Shown in pieces: positions 26,664-37,629 of a DNA stretch of 64,000 bases (the stretch's first letter is position 1; every line of letters starts with the position of its first letter). Under the pieces are notes generated by a model. It made no database searches, was not told the DNA's origin, and saw nothing but the letters and a program-made list of their open reading frames with translations. This DNA comes from a virus, in the IMG/VR virus record IMGVR_UViG_3300023184_000030, positions 1-64,000 of that record; one strand, written 5' to 3'. The translations under genes were made by a program, and so were the position numbers.

Positions 26664-26667
26664 ATTA

Positions 26668-27816
26668 TTAAAATAAAGCGTTTATTAAGAATAAATTTGG
26701 GCTTATTGTATTATAGCCCATAACCTCGATGAATCTATTAATAGGGTCCAGGATCGTTTTGGTAAATTGCATGTCATGGTCTATTGGTGGTGCATATTCA
26801 TAAGGGTATGTTCCCTGTGCATAAGCAAAAACGTTATTGTCCATTATGGACTTAGTCTTAACAAAATAATAATTTATTTTCTCACCACTTCTAATCAAAG
26901 GGTATTTGTCTTTATATTTTGATCTGTTTAGCAAAAGATTATGATAAGCTGCTGCTCTAACTTGAATAGGACATCCTTTTGTGACTTCTAAGGCACTTAC
27001 ATCATTAAGGATATACTTTTCATAGTTATTAATTGCTATTGCAGCAGAGATGTTCCTAGGCTCCTGTATTTTAAAGTCTCTCTTAATATCCTTAAGCTCC
27101 TTTACAAATTCTCTTATATCGAATGCACGGCCTTTAGCAAAGATGAATTTCGTTAGATAAATTAGTTTCTCCCTAACAAAAGGCGGGGTTCCGCCTTTGA
27201 TCATTTCCACCCCTACCGTCTTTATTTGTGAGAGCGGATCCATATGTAGACCATCTGAATAAACTAGATTAGTAACATACTTCTTCTTTCCCAAGAATAT
27301 ACCATTTATTGCCAGGTTCTCCATCTCGAAATCCTGGTAATTTATCGTACCCCATTTTTTGGAATATTTCTCGAAGCATGTCTTAAGATATTCAGCTAAT
27401 CTAAATTCATTAATTTTTAATATCAGATCCTTGGGATCACCTTTCCAATCGCAAGAATCTACAACCTCCTGGAAGGTAACGTAGTTAGAATCAGTATCCC
27501 CATAAACAACTAGAGGCTTAACCACTCTTTTAACTGTGGTAACACCTAGCTTTTCGTGAAGATCCTTATCGGAGTGCCAGAATTCATGGAAATATTTATG
27601 TAATACTTTCTCTGAATATTTGATCAAATCCTGACCCTGTAGTGTAACTGCCTCTGCAACATCAGGATTAAAGCAAACAAACCAGTTATTTCCAATCGCT
27701 CCATAGATGGAGTTCATTGTTAATTTTACTGCTTGCTCCTCGTTCTTTAACTCGTTCTTTAGAGAGGTAAGTTTTTCTATTCTTTCTTCAATTTCTTTTA
27801 TTTCTTCTTGAGTCAT
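26668..27816 (-). CDS. DNA polymerase B, C-terminal subunit (gp43B-like)
   Basis: KLTMNSIYG (motif B), YGDTDS (motif C), KKKY, GVE. Confidence 0.92.
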   Translation of the reverse strand: MTQEEIKEIEERIEKLTSLKNELKNEEQAVKLTMNSIYGAIGNNWFVCFNPDVAEAVTLQGQDLIKYSEKVLHKYFHEFWHSDKDLHEKLGVTTVKRVVKPLVVYGDTDSNYVTFQEVVDSCDWKGDPKDLILKINEFRLAEYLKTCFEKYSKKWGTINYQDFEMENLAINGIFLGKKKYVTNLVYSDGLHMDPLSQIKTVGVEMIKGGTPPFVREKLIYLTKFIFAKGRAFDIREFVKELKDIKRDFKIQEPRNISAAIAINNYEKYILNDVSALEVTKGCPIQVRAAAYHNLLLNRSKYKDKYPLIRSGEKINYYFVKTKSIMDNNVFAYAQGTYPYEYAPPIDHDMQFTKTILDPINRFIEVMGYNTISPNLFLINALF

Positions 27817-28737
27817 TTATCTTAAATTTGTTGGATCGAGCTGTGATCTCTCTACCAAATCTGGATTTCTTGGGGTTTTCGAATATTTCCATTCATTGTT
27901 AATGAACGTGTTCCTATAAATATACTGACTGGGTCCTACGTTAGTTTCAATGAATTGATAATTATAATCTTTTCTGCAGAAATTGTAAAAATTAAATCCC
28001 CCTGGATTTTTTAGTATCTTTAAATTTCCATCGTTAACTAATAGTCCAGAAATCGATTGATCGTGTCTGTGTCCTATTTTTCCGTGTGTTTTAACATCAT
28101 CACTATAGTAAGTATCCTTACCGTCAATAGATTTAAGACTTGCACACTCATCTATCAAATTCCATTTTAACCATTCAGAAACGAACTCCACCGATTTTTT
28201 ATTCTTTTGTAATACCATAAATCCTGATGCGTGCTGGATTGAGTGTCTGTATTTTTGCATACCCATTCTGTCCATACATCTTTCAGTTGTGAAATTTTCG
28301 TGGGTGTGTGGGGCTAATTCATTATTGACAAACCAAACTGTTTCTGTTGTTAATATTCCATCATTAGAGGAACAAAGTTCTTTAATAGTTTCTAGCGAGT
28401 GAACAGAAGAATCGAACGAGAAGTTTATCCAGTGTTCAGGTGATACATCATTGTATATCAGGAAATCCCCATCATTAATTGATTTTAGTGATTCCAATAT
28501 AGCAAATGGTTTATAGCATCTTCCATTCATATCAGGATTTGTCTCATCCAATATCCTTTTATTCTTTGCATAAAAATCATTGGATATGATATCGGCCCAT
28601 TTCCAAAAGAAAAGATTAGAAAAACCTAGGCCCTCGATTATATTGAAGGCCTGGTCTTGCGTTTGTGAATATTTTCCGTCTTTTCTTCCGAATCTATCGT
28701 CGGATACAGTTACGAATGAAATGCTATTTGAACTCAT
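27817..28737 (-). CDS. Putative glycosyltransferase-like protein
   Basis: YKPFAI..L, LIYND, HRHDQS motif. Confidence 0.6.
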   Translation of the reverse strand: MSSNSISFVTVSDDRFGRKDGKYSQTQDQAFNIIEGLGFSNLFFWKWADIISNDFYAKNKRILDETNPDMNGRCYKPFAILESLKSINDGDFLIYNDVSPEHWINFSFDSSVHSLETIKELCSSNDGILTTETVWFVNNELAPHTHENFTTERCMDRMGMQKYRHSIQHASGFMVLQKNKKSVEFVSEWLKWNLIDECASLKSIDGKDTYYSDDVKTHGKIGHRHDQSISGLLVNDGNLKILKNPGGFNFYNFCRKDYNYQFIETNVGPSQYIYRNTFINNEWKYSKTPRNPDLVERSQLDPTNLR

Positions 28738-28743
28738 TGTGGA

Positions 28744-29505
28744 TTATTTTTCAACTAATCCAATTGCGATGGAAGTTGATGATTGTTCCGAGCACATAAC
28801 CAATCTATTATCATGTACGTAAACCTGACAAGTCTCAGCTTCCATGTATGATAATTGTCCCTTATAGATATTAGAGATAACAGATTCTGATATAGTTATT
28901 TCAGAAGAACCTAAATTAAGTTTATATCTGAATGAATCACCAAATGCATGAGCATTTTTTTCATTTATTTCAAATGCTAATACTTCTTCCGAGTTTGTTT
29001 CCAATCCACACAATGAAAGAATTGTAGTAAAGTCTGATTGGTAGATCTTGAATTGTGCAAGTGCATCTTCCTGTGAATGTACCATGCTCAAGATCTTATC
29101 TTCGACATAAGATAATAATCCCAGATCTGCACATCTTAATCTGATATTCAGTGAAGCAGAAATAAGTTTGATCTCAGTCGATACGCAATCACCATCTACA
29201 TTATCAGTAGTAAGTTCTAAGTAAACGTCCTCTTCTGGTCTGAAATGTTTAAATGCTTCCATCAATCTTGTAGCATCTAAAATACCAATTTTAACACGAT
29301 CAGTTTTCAATTTTGCCCAATCAACATCCCCTTCCATAACATCAGACAATAAAATACTAGTGTATTTCATAACCGATTTATCCGCGGTGTGAACTTTAGA
29401 GAACAAGTTATCCTTTGTTAGTTCAAGGATTACACTTTTCTCTACTGATTTAAGTCTTTTTAAAAAGACTAGAAAATTTTGAATGCTTGTTATTCTTAAT
29501 TTCAT
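28744..29505 (-). CDS. Probable sliding clamp (gp45-like)
   Basis: 253 aa, alternating beta/alpha pattern, position among replication genes; no diagnostic motif. Confidence 0.55.
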   Translation of the reverse strand: MKLRITSIQNFLVFLKRLKSVEKSVILELTKDNLFSKVHTADKSVMKYTSILLSDVMEGDVDWAKLKTDRVKIGILDATRLMEAFKHFRPEEDVYLELTTDNVDGDCVSTEIKLISASLNIRLRCADLGLLSYVEDKILSMVHSQEDALAQFKIYQSDFTTILSLCGLETNSEEVLAFEINEKNAHAFGDSFRYKLNLGSSEITISESVISNIYKGQLSYMEAETCQVYVHDNRLVMCSEQSSTSIAIGLVEK

Positions 29506-29543
29506 TTTTCTTATTATTTGATAGTTCTAGTTTGATTTTATAA

Positions 29544-30950
29544 TTAAATTTCGTTTTCGTCTGAATCTTCATTCGAAATTACCGTATCTTCTTCATCGGG
29601 TACCTGATAAACTTCTATTCCTTCTATTTGATTTGTCTCGAATAGATTTACCATTGGCTTAAAGGACTTAATTTTACCTAATGCCTGTATTTTCTTAGCC
29701 GCTTCTTTGTGTATTTTTTCCTGGTCTTTTACAAGCTTTTTAGCTTCAGCTATTTTTTCTTTTAACTCCTTGATATCAATCTCAGTTTGTTTGATGTGAT
29801 CAGAGCTTAATCTTATTATTTCAATTCTCTGCAATCTCTGTGAAATCCAATTTTCGAATTCCCCTAGGAATGATATGATCTCATCGTTTGTTCTTTTCTT
29901 AGATATCATGAAATTAAGGAACTTCAGTTTTGCTTCCAAAAACTGTAGCTCTCTAGAATAGTCACTAAGATCCTTCAATAACCTTTTTAACTTAACTAAT
30001 TCAAGATGACCCTTAAAATGATCTAAGTACTCTTTGACAGAAGTGAATTCCATAACGCCACCGTCACGAATGAATATAACATCCTCAGTAACTATAATCT
30101 TACATAGTCTTGATATGACTTCAACAATTTCAGTAAACCTAGTATTATCCATACCTCTTAGTGAAACTATAAGATCACACTTACTTTGAGATCTGTTTTC
30201 TATCCTATACTCACATCCAGAGTTTTCTAATTTAGAATCTAGCTTATTTATAAAGCTATCATATCTCATTACCGGAGGTAAATCGTAGATGTGTATTGTT
30301 TTTTTCTTAACATCAACATCAAATCCGCTTTCAAATAACCACGTATTATCCTCGTTTCTAAATTTTGATATCTTACCCGAGAAATCTTTAAAATATGGCT
30401 TAAGCAATTTTGGAGATCCGTTTAGATACTCTATGATATCCTCTAATTTTCTAGGAAGGATGTTACTTCTGTACCCTACTGCAATACCAACAACATGGGT
30501 TAGTAATCCGACAGGAACTTCAACGTGAAGCCAATCGTGACCACCCTCTTCGTTCTTGTCATTAAGATCATAGTTTTTGAATAGAAAATCTTTGATCTTA
30601 CTATTGATTTTAACTGACGTATACCTAGGTGCGGATGGGCTTGGATTAACCGGAGATCCGAAGAATCCATCACCTTCTAAAACACTAAATGAGCATCCGA
30701 AAGGTCTAGCTAATTTTGATATAGCTCCTGAAAGAGAGGAATCACCGTGGTGATATAAACCAGTTTTTATTACCTCACCAACCAATCCTATGGTCTTATT
30801 AAATTTTCCTGGCGAGTTCTCCAATATCAATCTTTGAACTGGCGTTAAAGCATCATAGAAATTTGGTATGCCTCTGCTTTGTAAAACATATAATGCGTAC
30901 GTTCTATATTGATGATTTATTTGATCTGATATGCTTAAATTTTGTAACAT
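29544..30950 (-). CDS. Type IIA topoisomerase, GyrA/gp52-like subunit
   Basis: DALTPVQR, YHHGDSS, SAPRYT active Tyr, GIAVGY. Confidence 0.92.
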   Translation of the reverse strand: MLQNLSISDQINHQYRTYALYVLQSRGIPNFYDALTPVQRLILENSPGKFNKTIGLVGEVIKTGLYHHGDSSLSGAISKLARPFGCSFSVLEGDGFFGSPVNPSPSAPRYTSVKINSKIKDFLFKNYDLNDKNEEGGHDWLHVEVPVGLLTHVVGIAVGYRSNILPRKLEDIIEYLNGSPKLLKPYFKDFSGKISKFRNEDNTWLFESGFDVDVKKKTIHIYDLPPVMRYDSFINKLDSKLENSGCEYRIENRSQSKCDLIVSLRGMDNTRFTEIVEVISRLCKIIVTEDVIFIRDGGVMEFTSVKEYLDHFKGHLELVKLKRLLKDLSDYSRELQFLEAKLKFLNFMISKKRTNDEIISFLGEFENWISQRLQRIEIIRLSSDHIKQTEIDIKELKEKIAEAKKLVKDQEKIHKEAAKKIQALGKIKSFKPMVNLFETNQIEGIEVYQVPDEEDTVISNEDSDENEI

Positions 30951-30965
30951 TATAGATTTTTATTA

Positions 30966-31277
30966 TTAACTATTTCTTGATCCTTTAACTAGATAAATTA
31001 TAAATGATTCAATCAATACTGAAACACCGCTTTGAATTATCGGGTATGCTATGTAACCAAACCATTCGTAGCTTGATATGTAGGGAACTTCACCTACCGC
31101 TAAAAGAGGAACGAATATGATTGCACCAACCCATACACCTGTGCATTGTATACACGAAAGTAACTTTCCAAAAAATGGATACATTACAAGAAGGTAATTT
31201 CTAAACTGATCAAATATGGATCCGTTTACTAGGATGGACGTAAGTGACCATCCAAGAAATAAATATAGTATAGTCAT
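30966..31277 (-). CDS. Membrane protein (DUF1360-like)
   Basis: IFD.FR...GKLLSCIQCTGVW. Confidence 0.6.
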   Translation of the reverse strand: MTILYLFLGWSLTSILVNGSIFDQFRNYLLVMYPFFGKLLSCIQCTGVWVGAIIFVPLLAVGEVPYISSYEWFGYIAYPIIQSGVSVLIESFIIYLVKGSRNS

Positions 31278-31280
31278 AGC

Positions 31281-32324
31281 TTAAAAGTGTTCGATTGCTT
31301 TCATTTGTTCTTCGGTAAGGAATTCAGGTATTTTAACATTCACCTGGACTAAGATATCACCAAATCCAAATCCATTAAATTCAGGTAATCCCTTTCCTTT
31401 TAATCTGAATATTTTACCTGGTTGCGTTCCTGGTGGAACTTTTATTCTAAAGCTAGATCCGGTTAAGTTGGGGAAATCCATTTCGGTACCTAGACAAATC
31501 TCTCTAAATGAAATATATTTCTCGCTTACTAGATTTACTCCATCTCTACGATAAACCGGATGTGCATATTCTTCTATTGTTATAACAAGATCTCCCGGAT
31601 TTGAAGGTGCCTTTGCCCAATCCCCTTTAGCAGCCAAAACATAAGAAACACCAGCTATAGATCCTTTAGGTATATTGAAATCAACCTCTTCATCTTTCCT
31701 GACCGTGCCTGTTCCCGAGCAATCATTGCAAGGCTTTCTCGGTTTAGTTCCGTGCCCTCCGCAAGATCTACATGTTTCCTGTGTGACCATTTCTCCAAAT
31801 TGGTAGTGAACAGTTTTATTAACTCGTCCTATTCCTCCACAGTTAGAACAATTTACAACATCAGCATTCTCTGCACCTGTACCTTTACATGGCTCACAGT
31901 GGACTCTCCTATTAAGTTTAACCTTCTTATTCGTCCCCGTCATCATTTCTTCTAATGTTAAAGCTACGATAGTGTTTATATTCCTACCCTTGTTTATCAT
32001 TGGCTCTTGAGATCTTTTACTCTGGCCATTGAAAAACGATGAGAAGTCTCCGCTTTGAAATGGATTTGTTCCGTTCCAGTATTGTTCAAATGGATTACCA
32101 CCACCCGCTCCAGAGAAGGGACTTGGGTTATCATATTTTGATTTTTTGTTTGGGTCAGATAAATTATCATAAGCCTCCGAAACCTCTTTAAATTTTTTCT
32201 CCGCTTCAGGATCATTTCCTGTTTTGTCCGGATGATATTTTATAGCTAGCTTTCGGTAAGCCTTTTTTATCTCTTCTGGTGAAGCTCCTCTAGGAACCCC
32301 TAATATTTGATAGTAATCTTTCAT
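31281..32324 (-). CDS. dnaJ: Chaperone DnaJ
   Basis: J-domain HPD, G/F region, four CxxCxGxG repeats. Confidence 0.95.
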   Translation of the reverse strand: MKDYYQILGVPRGASPEEIKKAYRKLAIKYHPDKTGNDPEAEKKFKEVSEAYDNLSDPNKKSKYDNPSPFSGAGGGNPFEQYWNGTNPFQSGDFSSFFNGQSKRSQEPMINKGRNINTIVALTLEEMMTGTNKKVKLNRRVHCEPCKGTGAENADVVNCSNCGGIGRVNKTVHYQFGEMVTQETCRSCGGHGTKPRKPCNDCSGTGTVRKDEEVDFNIPKGSIAGVSYVLAAKGDWAKAPSNPGDLVITIEEYAHPVYRRDGVNLVSEKYISFREICLGTEMDFPNLTGSSFRIKVPPGTQPGKIFRLKGKGLPEFNGFGFGDILVQVNVKIPEFLTEEQMKAIEHF

Positions 32325-32328
32325 ATTG

Positions 32329-32670
32329 TTATTCCTGAGATTTAAAAAGGTTTTTTATTCTAGAAATACTAGGAGATTCCTCAATGGATTCCCTGTTTTT
32401 CCATCTTTCTTTAAATTCTTTGCTTAAGTCCAGAACTTCCTTACAAACTTCATAATCTTCTAGCTCTTCCCAATAATGGAGGATCCTTTCGGTAAATCCG
32501 TCTATCTGAGACTCTTCATTAAACACATAAAGTAAATCTTCGGTTTTGCTTCTCAAAGAATCTATAAAAAGATCCTGAACAGCTCTTTCTATATGCTTCT
32601 TTATGACTTCAAACTGAGGGTGCTTCCCTCCGTTTCTGAAATCGTCTATTTGAAAACCACCACTGTGCAT
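32329..32670 (-). CDS. Small protein with UVR-like motif
   Basis: [16 protein letters not shown]. Confidence 0.6.
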   Translation of the reverse strand: MHSGGFQIDDFRNGGKHPQFEVIKKHIERAVQDLFIDSLRSKTEDLLYVFNEESQIDGFTERILHYWEELEDYEVCKEVLDLSKEFKERWKNRESIEESPSISRIKNLFKSQE

Positions 32671-32673
32671 ATT

Positions 32674-32907
32674 TTATATCGAAGATTCATTTAGTATTCC
32701 AGCTACAGTGTTGAAATTATCAAGATCATGAAGATCAGTCATTTCTAATCCAGATTCTTTGATAGCAGAATCTGTTTTTTCTTTACTGAAACTGTCGCAA
32801 AGATATTCATATCTTACCAAAGCTTCCGTATTACAATCAACGGTATATTTAATTTCTTTTGTATTAAGAATAATATTCTCAAAGTTCTGTATGTTATCTT
32901 CCATCAT
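32674..32907 (-). CDS. Hypothetical protein
   Basis: Packed ORF. Confidence 0.55.
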   Translation of the reverse strand: MMEDNIQNFENIILNTKEIKYTVDCNTEALVRYEYLCDSFSKEKTDSAIKESGLEMTDLHDLDNFNTVAGILNESSI

Positions 32908-32908
32908 T

Positions 32909-33823
32909 TTAGCGATTTTTATTTTCTTTTAGGAATTTGAGCAAAGCCAAATCCTTCATTTTTACTTCAAACTCTATATCAAAATTAAGTCCATAAGTTT
33001 CGACATTTCCCCATATCCAGTCTGTATGCGCAAGCTCTTTTGATGTTTCATCCTCATAAAGTTTCTTAGAATCCGAGTAGTGTGTAATGGCAGGGATTTC
33101 TTTAGGCCAAGTAGATAGGCATAGAGCTAGTGCTTCTTCCTCATTAAGTATTGACGGGTTACATTGATTATGCAAATAATCAAAGGTAATTGGGATTCCT
33201 ATATTTTTATGTATTAAATGCAACAGATCAACCACTGTATATTGAGATTTCTTATCATCAACTTCAACAACCAGTCTTTTCTTAACAGAATCTGACAGTC
33301 TTTGGAAATTTAAACAAAATCTCTCTGCAGCTTCTTCCTTGGATGGTTGTGTTGTATTTACGTGTATATTTATGGGATAAAATAAACTCCTATCTAAACC
33401 CATCAAATCGAAGATTTCCCCGTGCTGGTTCAATTCTTTTATTGCCTTAGTAACTACAGATGGATTCAGTGAAGCTAAAACCCCATATGGTGATGGATGA
33501 AAAGTTATTCTCTGATCCGTTACCTTTGCAATTAATCCGCAATTTTTCAAGACTCCTACTATCATCGGGTAATCAGGAAGATCTTTTATTTCATATTCTG
33601 AACACCAGGGAAAGATATCGCTTGACATCCTATACATTTTAATCCCGTTATTGCCATTCCACTGTAACACCTTGCTTAGATCCATCACATTCTTCAAAGC
33701 AAGTTCAGAGGCATAAGCAATACCTTTTTCTTCAAAGGTCTTTTTGACCATTCCTCTATTTGTAGAAATTTTGTCTTTCGCTAAACTTAAATTTATACAA
33801 CAATAACCATATCTTCTTTCCAT
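32909..33823 (-). CDS. uvsE: UV damage endonuclease
   Basis: GYCCIN, YRMSSDIFPW, RITFHP, INIH, FDYLH, HYS, EVKMKD. Confidence 0.92.
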   Translation of the reverse strand: MERRYGYCCINLSLAKDKISTNRGMVKKTFEEKGIAYASELALKNVMDLSKVLQWNGNNGIKMYRMSSDIFPWCSEYEIKDLPDYPMIVGVLKNCGLIAKVTDQRITFHPSPYGVLASLNPSVVTKAIKELNQHGEIFDLMGLDRSLFYPINIHVNTTQPSKEEAAERFCLNFQRLSDSVKKRLVVEVDDKKSQYTVVDLLHLIHKNIGIPITFDYLHNQCNPSILNEEEALALCLSTWPKEIPAITHYSDSKKLYEDETSKELAHTDWIWGNVETYGLNFDIEFEVKMKDLALLKFLKENKNR

Positions 33824-33827
33824 TCGG

Positions 33828-33860
33828 TAAATATATTAAAATCCCCCGGGATAAAAAAAA
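33828..33860 (-). promoter_or_regulatory. Class-I promoter variant (near-leaderless uvsE)
   Basis: TTTTTTATCCCG-N11-TATATTTA, 4 nt before the ATG. Confidence 0.6.
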
Positions 33861-35648
33861 TTAAACGATGGAACTTAGCCATTTTTTTCTCTCCATCGCA
33901 GACTTACCAAATGCCATATCCAAATGGTACTTAGTTTTCTTGTCTTCAATCAAGATTGTTATCCTTTTATTCTTCATAACATAATCCCAGTCTTCAAGAG
34001 ATAATGAACCAAGACCTTTTAGGTATCTTACGTTTCCTTTATCAGATTTACCAGATCCTTTCTTAAACTCCTCAAGTGAGTAGAAATACTTTTTAGCCTT
34101 ATCCCCAGTAGTAACTAAGGGGGTTTCTAAAAACTGTATTCTCCCTTGCTTGATCATCCAAGGAAACCAAAGATAAAATAGATTTATTAAGAGCGAGGTA
34201 ATGTGTGCCCCATCCGGATCCTGATCTGTAGCTATAACAACCCTATCAAATGGGCATTGAATATTTTGCCCCTCCGGGTCCAGATTTAATATCTGCATCA
34301 ATTCTAATATTTCCCTGTTATCAGAAAGGTCAGATAAACTCCTTGCATTTTTAATCTTTCCCTTTAAGGCATAAACTGCTTCTTTCTTAGGATCTCTTTT
34401 CTGTAATATAGATCCCATGGCGCTAAGTCCTTCCACTATAAAAAGTGTTTCTGGTCTGGAAGATGCAGAAGGAAAATATTTATTTGATTGCTTTATTCTG
34501 ATAGATTTCTTATCTTTTCTAATCTTTTTTAGCTCAGTTTCTTTCTTTCTAGTATCTACCGCCTTCTTAATGTTCTTATAGACCTCACTTTTAAAGAATC
34601 TGGCCAATATAGGATCAAAGTGTTTTGCTATGGTTGGTTCCACTTCTTCTCTCTTAGAAACAAATTTAGTCTTATTCTGATCGCCGAATCTAACTATGCC
34701 TGGCGAAAGATTCAATACTATCAATGTGTCATAAAAATGATGTCCTAAAGAATCGTCCAGCTGTCCATTGATTCTATCAAGTATTATCTTTTGGTGAATT
34801 CCAGTACAAAGAGCACTATTTACAAAAGAGAAAGATCCGGACTCCGAAGTTTTTTCCCAGATTAATATTTCACCTATTGGGGTTTTTGCAGTCCAATCAG
34901 GGGAAAGTAGACTTGTTATATTTTCGGTTTTCCCATCCCAAATAAAATCAATCTTAAGGTTGGTAGTTTTAGATTCGGTTTCTAGTACTCTTTTCTTTAA
35001 ACAAAGGTACGATTTTATTGTTTGGTAATCCCATTTCGAGTTATCAAAAACCTGATGATTGGGTATGAAGGTTACCCTAGTCCCAGTTTGCTTACTCTTT
35101 GCTTTGGGTGTAACCTTAGCAGTAGATGCTTTAAATGTTTTCCAAGTCTGTAAATAAGCTTCTTTTGGATTGACAGTTTCAATCTCAAACATATTCGATA
35201 AGGCATTAACTAAACTAACACCCATACCATTTGTACCTACCAGGGTTTCTGTAATCGAATCATTATCGAAATTGGATCCTGCACGAAGCATAGAAACGGC
35301 AGTTTCGATGTTACTTAGACCGCTCTTTTTGTTTATTGAAGATCCGTTGGTAAATCCGTCACCAGTATCAGTAATAGAAACCGAATTCTCTTTTACGTCA
35401 ACCTCAACTATTATTTTCTTCATCGGCGTAGACATCCTTTTTGCTTCGTCTACTGAGTTTGAAAACACTTCATCGAATAACTTATACATTCCAACCGAAT
35501 GTTCTTTTACGACGCTCTTAATGATGCCTGCGTCAATTATAGGAAGAGTTTCCTCGCTCCTTTTGACACTACCGACATAGATTGTTGGTCTTTTTATAAT
35601 GTGTTCAAAATCCGTAAGGACCTCGATGGTCTTATTAACTTTACTCAT
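33861..35648 (-). CDS. Type IIA topoisomerase, GyrB/gp39+60-like subunit
   Basis: RPTIYVGS, EVFSNSVDE, GTNGMG, VEGLSA, DQDPDG, YLKGLGS. Confidence 0.94.
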   Translation of the reverse strand: MSKVNKTIEVLTDFEHIIKRPTIYVGSVKRSEETLPIIDAGIIKSVVKEHSVGMYKLFDEVFSNSVDEAKRMSTPMKKIIVEVDVKENSVSITDTGDGFTNGSSINKKSGLSNIETAVSMLRAGSNFDNDSITETLVGTNGMGVSLVNALSNMFEIETVNPKEAYLQTWKTFKASTAKVTPKAKSKQTGTRVTFIPNHQVFDNSKWDYQTIKSYLCLKKRVLETESKTTNLKIDFIWDGKTENITSLLSPDWTAKTPIGEILIWEKTSESGSFSFVNSALCTGIHQKIILDRINGQLDDSLGHHFYDTLIVLNLSPGIVRFGDQNKTKFVSKREEVEPTIAKHFDPILARFFKSEVYKNIKKAVDTRKKETELKKIRKDKKSIRIKQSNKYFPSASSRPETLFIVEGLSAMGSILQKRDPKKEAVYALKGKIKNARSLSDLSDNREILELMQILNLDPEGQNIQCPFDRVVIATDQDPDGAHITSLLINLFYLWFPWMIKQGRIQFLETPLVTTGDKAKKYFYSLEEFKKGSGKSDKGNVRYLKGLGSLSLEDWDYVMKNKRITILIEDKKTKYHLDMAFGKSAMERKKWLSSIV

Positions 35649-35715
35649 ATGTTTATGTAATTAGATCTGGCCAATCAGGCCAAGATTATATGACCCGATC
35701 GGTCAAAGTTTCAAC

Positions 35716-35749
35716 AAAAAACCCCAACATTTAAAAAATATTGGGGTTT
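35716..35749 (-). terminator. Intrinsic terminator
   Basis: AAACCCCAA/TTGGGGTTT stem. Confidence 0.6.
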
Positions 35750-35772
35750 ATAGTATTTAAGGGTTCAACTAA

Positions 35773-36309
35773 TTAAGCTTTAGTGAAATAAATTTCAAGC
35801 ACTTGATCCGGAGATATCTTAACTGTATAATAGTCTTTTAAGCTTGGCTCTCTTTCAACCTTACCTACAAAAGAAGCTGGGATACCGATTAGATAATCCT
35901 TTCCAATTTCCCTAACAACACCTTCGATAGCATATTCAGAGTCAACAAAAACGTTGATTTCATCTCTATATTCTTCATCTTCCGGTCTGTCAGCTCTTTC
36001 AATTCTGCTACCATGAATAGCTTGTTGTCTTTGAGCCATTCTTGCTCTTTCCTTTGTCATTAGTTCTTTAACATACTCAGGAGCGTTTTTACCTTGAGTT
36101 GGTAAATCTGCAATAACATTAACAGAAGCAAGCTCTCCAGATTCAACTTTAGATAAAAATCCTTCAATAACTGCAGGAATTTGAGTCCATTTAATTTCCA
36201 TTTCTGGTTTAGACTGTGTATTTTTGACGAATTCAGCCTCATCATAAACAGGGATAGCGCCTTCGTTTACTTGATTTTCGTAAGATTCGTATTCTAGTAA
36301 ATGTTTCAT
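35773..36309 (-). CDS. Hypothetical protein with capsid-targeting-like N-terminus
   Basis: MKHLLEYESYENQVNE; GATATATA at 36329-36336. Confidence 0.7.
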   Translation of the reverse strand: MKHLLEYESYENQVNEGAIPVYDEAEFVKNTQSKPEMEIKWTQIPAVIEGFLSKVESGELASVNVIADLPTQGKNAPEYVKELMTKERARMAQRQQAIHGSRIERADRPEDEEYRDEINVFVDSEYAIEGVVREIGKDYLIGIPASFVGKVEREPSLKDYYTVKISPDQVLEIYFTKA

Positions 36310-36336
36310 TAATTTGATATTTTTTCTTTATATATC

Positions 36337-37602
36337 TTATCTTCTCTGCATTTGTTGTGCTTTTTCAGCTGCCTGCATCTGCTGGATCTTCTTCATTTTC
36401 TCTTCTGCACCCTTTTTATAGAAGTCCATATTTTTTCTTAATCTTATCTTCTCATCTTCAGGTAAAGTGTTAAAGAATGGCGCATTTACAATTGCTGCGG
36501 TCTTTTCTACAGATAAATCTGGATTTCCTATGTAATAAGCGCAAAGTGAGTATTCATCCAAAAGTCTCCATTGCCATATTTCTGGCTCAACAAATAAGAT
36601 ATCCCCGGTTCCTCTTGTTTTTATAGCAATATCTCCGTAAGCAAAAGCAATAAGGAATCTTTTTTGATCTCTAAGCTTTCTCATAGTATGGAAAACAGCT
36701 TCTAATCTTTCTGGCCTGTATTCCCAAGCTCTAGAATAACACTCGGTAACTTCCTCGTTAGATGCACCAATTTTCTCTTTGATCTTACCGATCATGTACA
36801 TTGAGTAGTAAACCTCCTCTGGCCATTCCCCCATGTCAATTCTTTTCTGATAAGCTTCAATAGCTTTATCGTGTTGCTCTGAATCTCTATAGCTTTGTGC
36901 TAAATAAAACATGTATCTTGTGTTACTAGGTTCATCTTCTAAAGCTTTTTCTAATATAATAGCATCATTAGCGTATTTCTCTTGCAATGAATTAGCTCTC
37001 TTTAAAGGGGAGATGTCCGCAATAACATAAGCTACCGGAACTATACCCTGTTTAATCTCAGGTTTGTCCAAATGCAGATATTCATGAAGTACCCCTTTAT
37101 AAACCCAGTCCTGATCAGATTTTACAATCTGTACTCTATGATATTGTAAAGCGTTTAATTTATATAGGATTTGATATCCGTCTGGCTCTTTTGTTAATCC
37201 AGCAAATGGATTAGTCCCTATAACTTCAGGGTAGAATGTGTCATCCGCATCTATTATCCACCTGTAATCACATCTTCCTTTTGCTAGTTCCAAACTCTCT
37301 GTTCTATTAACCTCAAAGTTAACCCAAGGTCTTTCGTGAAGTTCACCCTCGATATTAAGTTCCGCCATCGTTTCTCTGATGACATTCAAAGTATTATCCT
37401 TAGATCCTGTATCAACTATAACCCAATACGAAATATACGGTGCAACAGCTTTTAAACATTTTGCTATTGTATCCTCCTCGTCTTTTACTATCATAACCAA
37501 ACATAAAGTGATATCTTGTTTGTTAGATAATGGTTTTGGAATTGATGCAGTAATGGGTTTTATTTTACCCATAGGGACTGCTTTTTTCTTCGATTTATTC
37601 AT
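36337..37602 (-). CDS. Glycosyltransferase family 2 with TPR repeats
   Basis: LVMIVKDE, VDTGS.D, IDADD, VLHE; TPR-like FYLAQSY..AIEAY. Confidence 0.9.
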   Translation of the reverse strand: MNKSKKKAVPMGKIKPITASIPKPLSNKQDITLCLVMIVKDEEDTIAKCLKAVAPYISYWVIVDTGSKDNTLNVIRETMAELNIEGELHERPWVNFEVNRTESLELAKGRCDYRWIIDADDTFYPEVIGTNPFAGLTKEPDGYQILYKLNALQYHRVQIVKSDQDWVYKGVLHEYLHLDKPEIKQGIVPVAYVIADISPLKRANSLQEKYANDAIILEKALEDEPSNTRYMFYLAQSYRDSEQHDKAIEAYQKRIDMGEWPEEVYYSMYMIGKIKEKIGASNEEVTECYSRAWEYRPERLEAVFHTMRKLRDQKRFLIAFAYGDIAIKTRGTGDILFVEPEIWQWRLLDEYSLCAYYIGNPDLSVEKTAAIVNAPFFNTLPEDEKIRLRKNMDFYKKGAEEKMKKIQQMQAAEKAQQMQRR

Positions 37603-37629
37603 TGGTTGTATATTTTAATTATTATAGAT

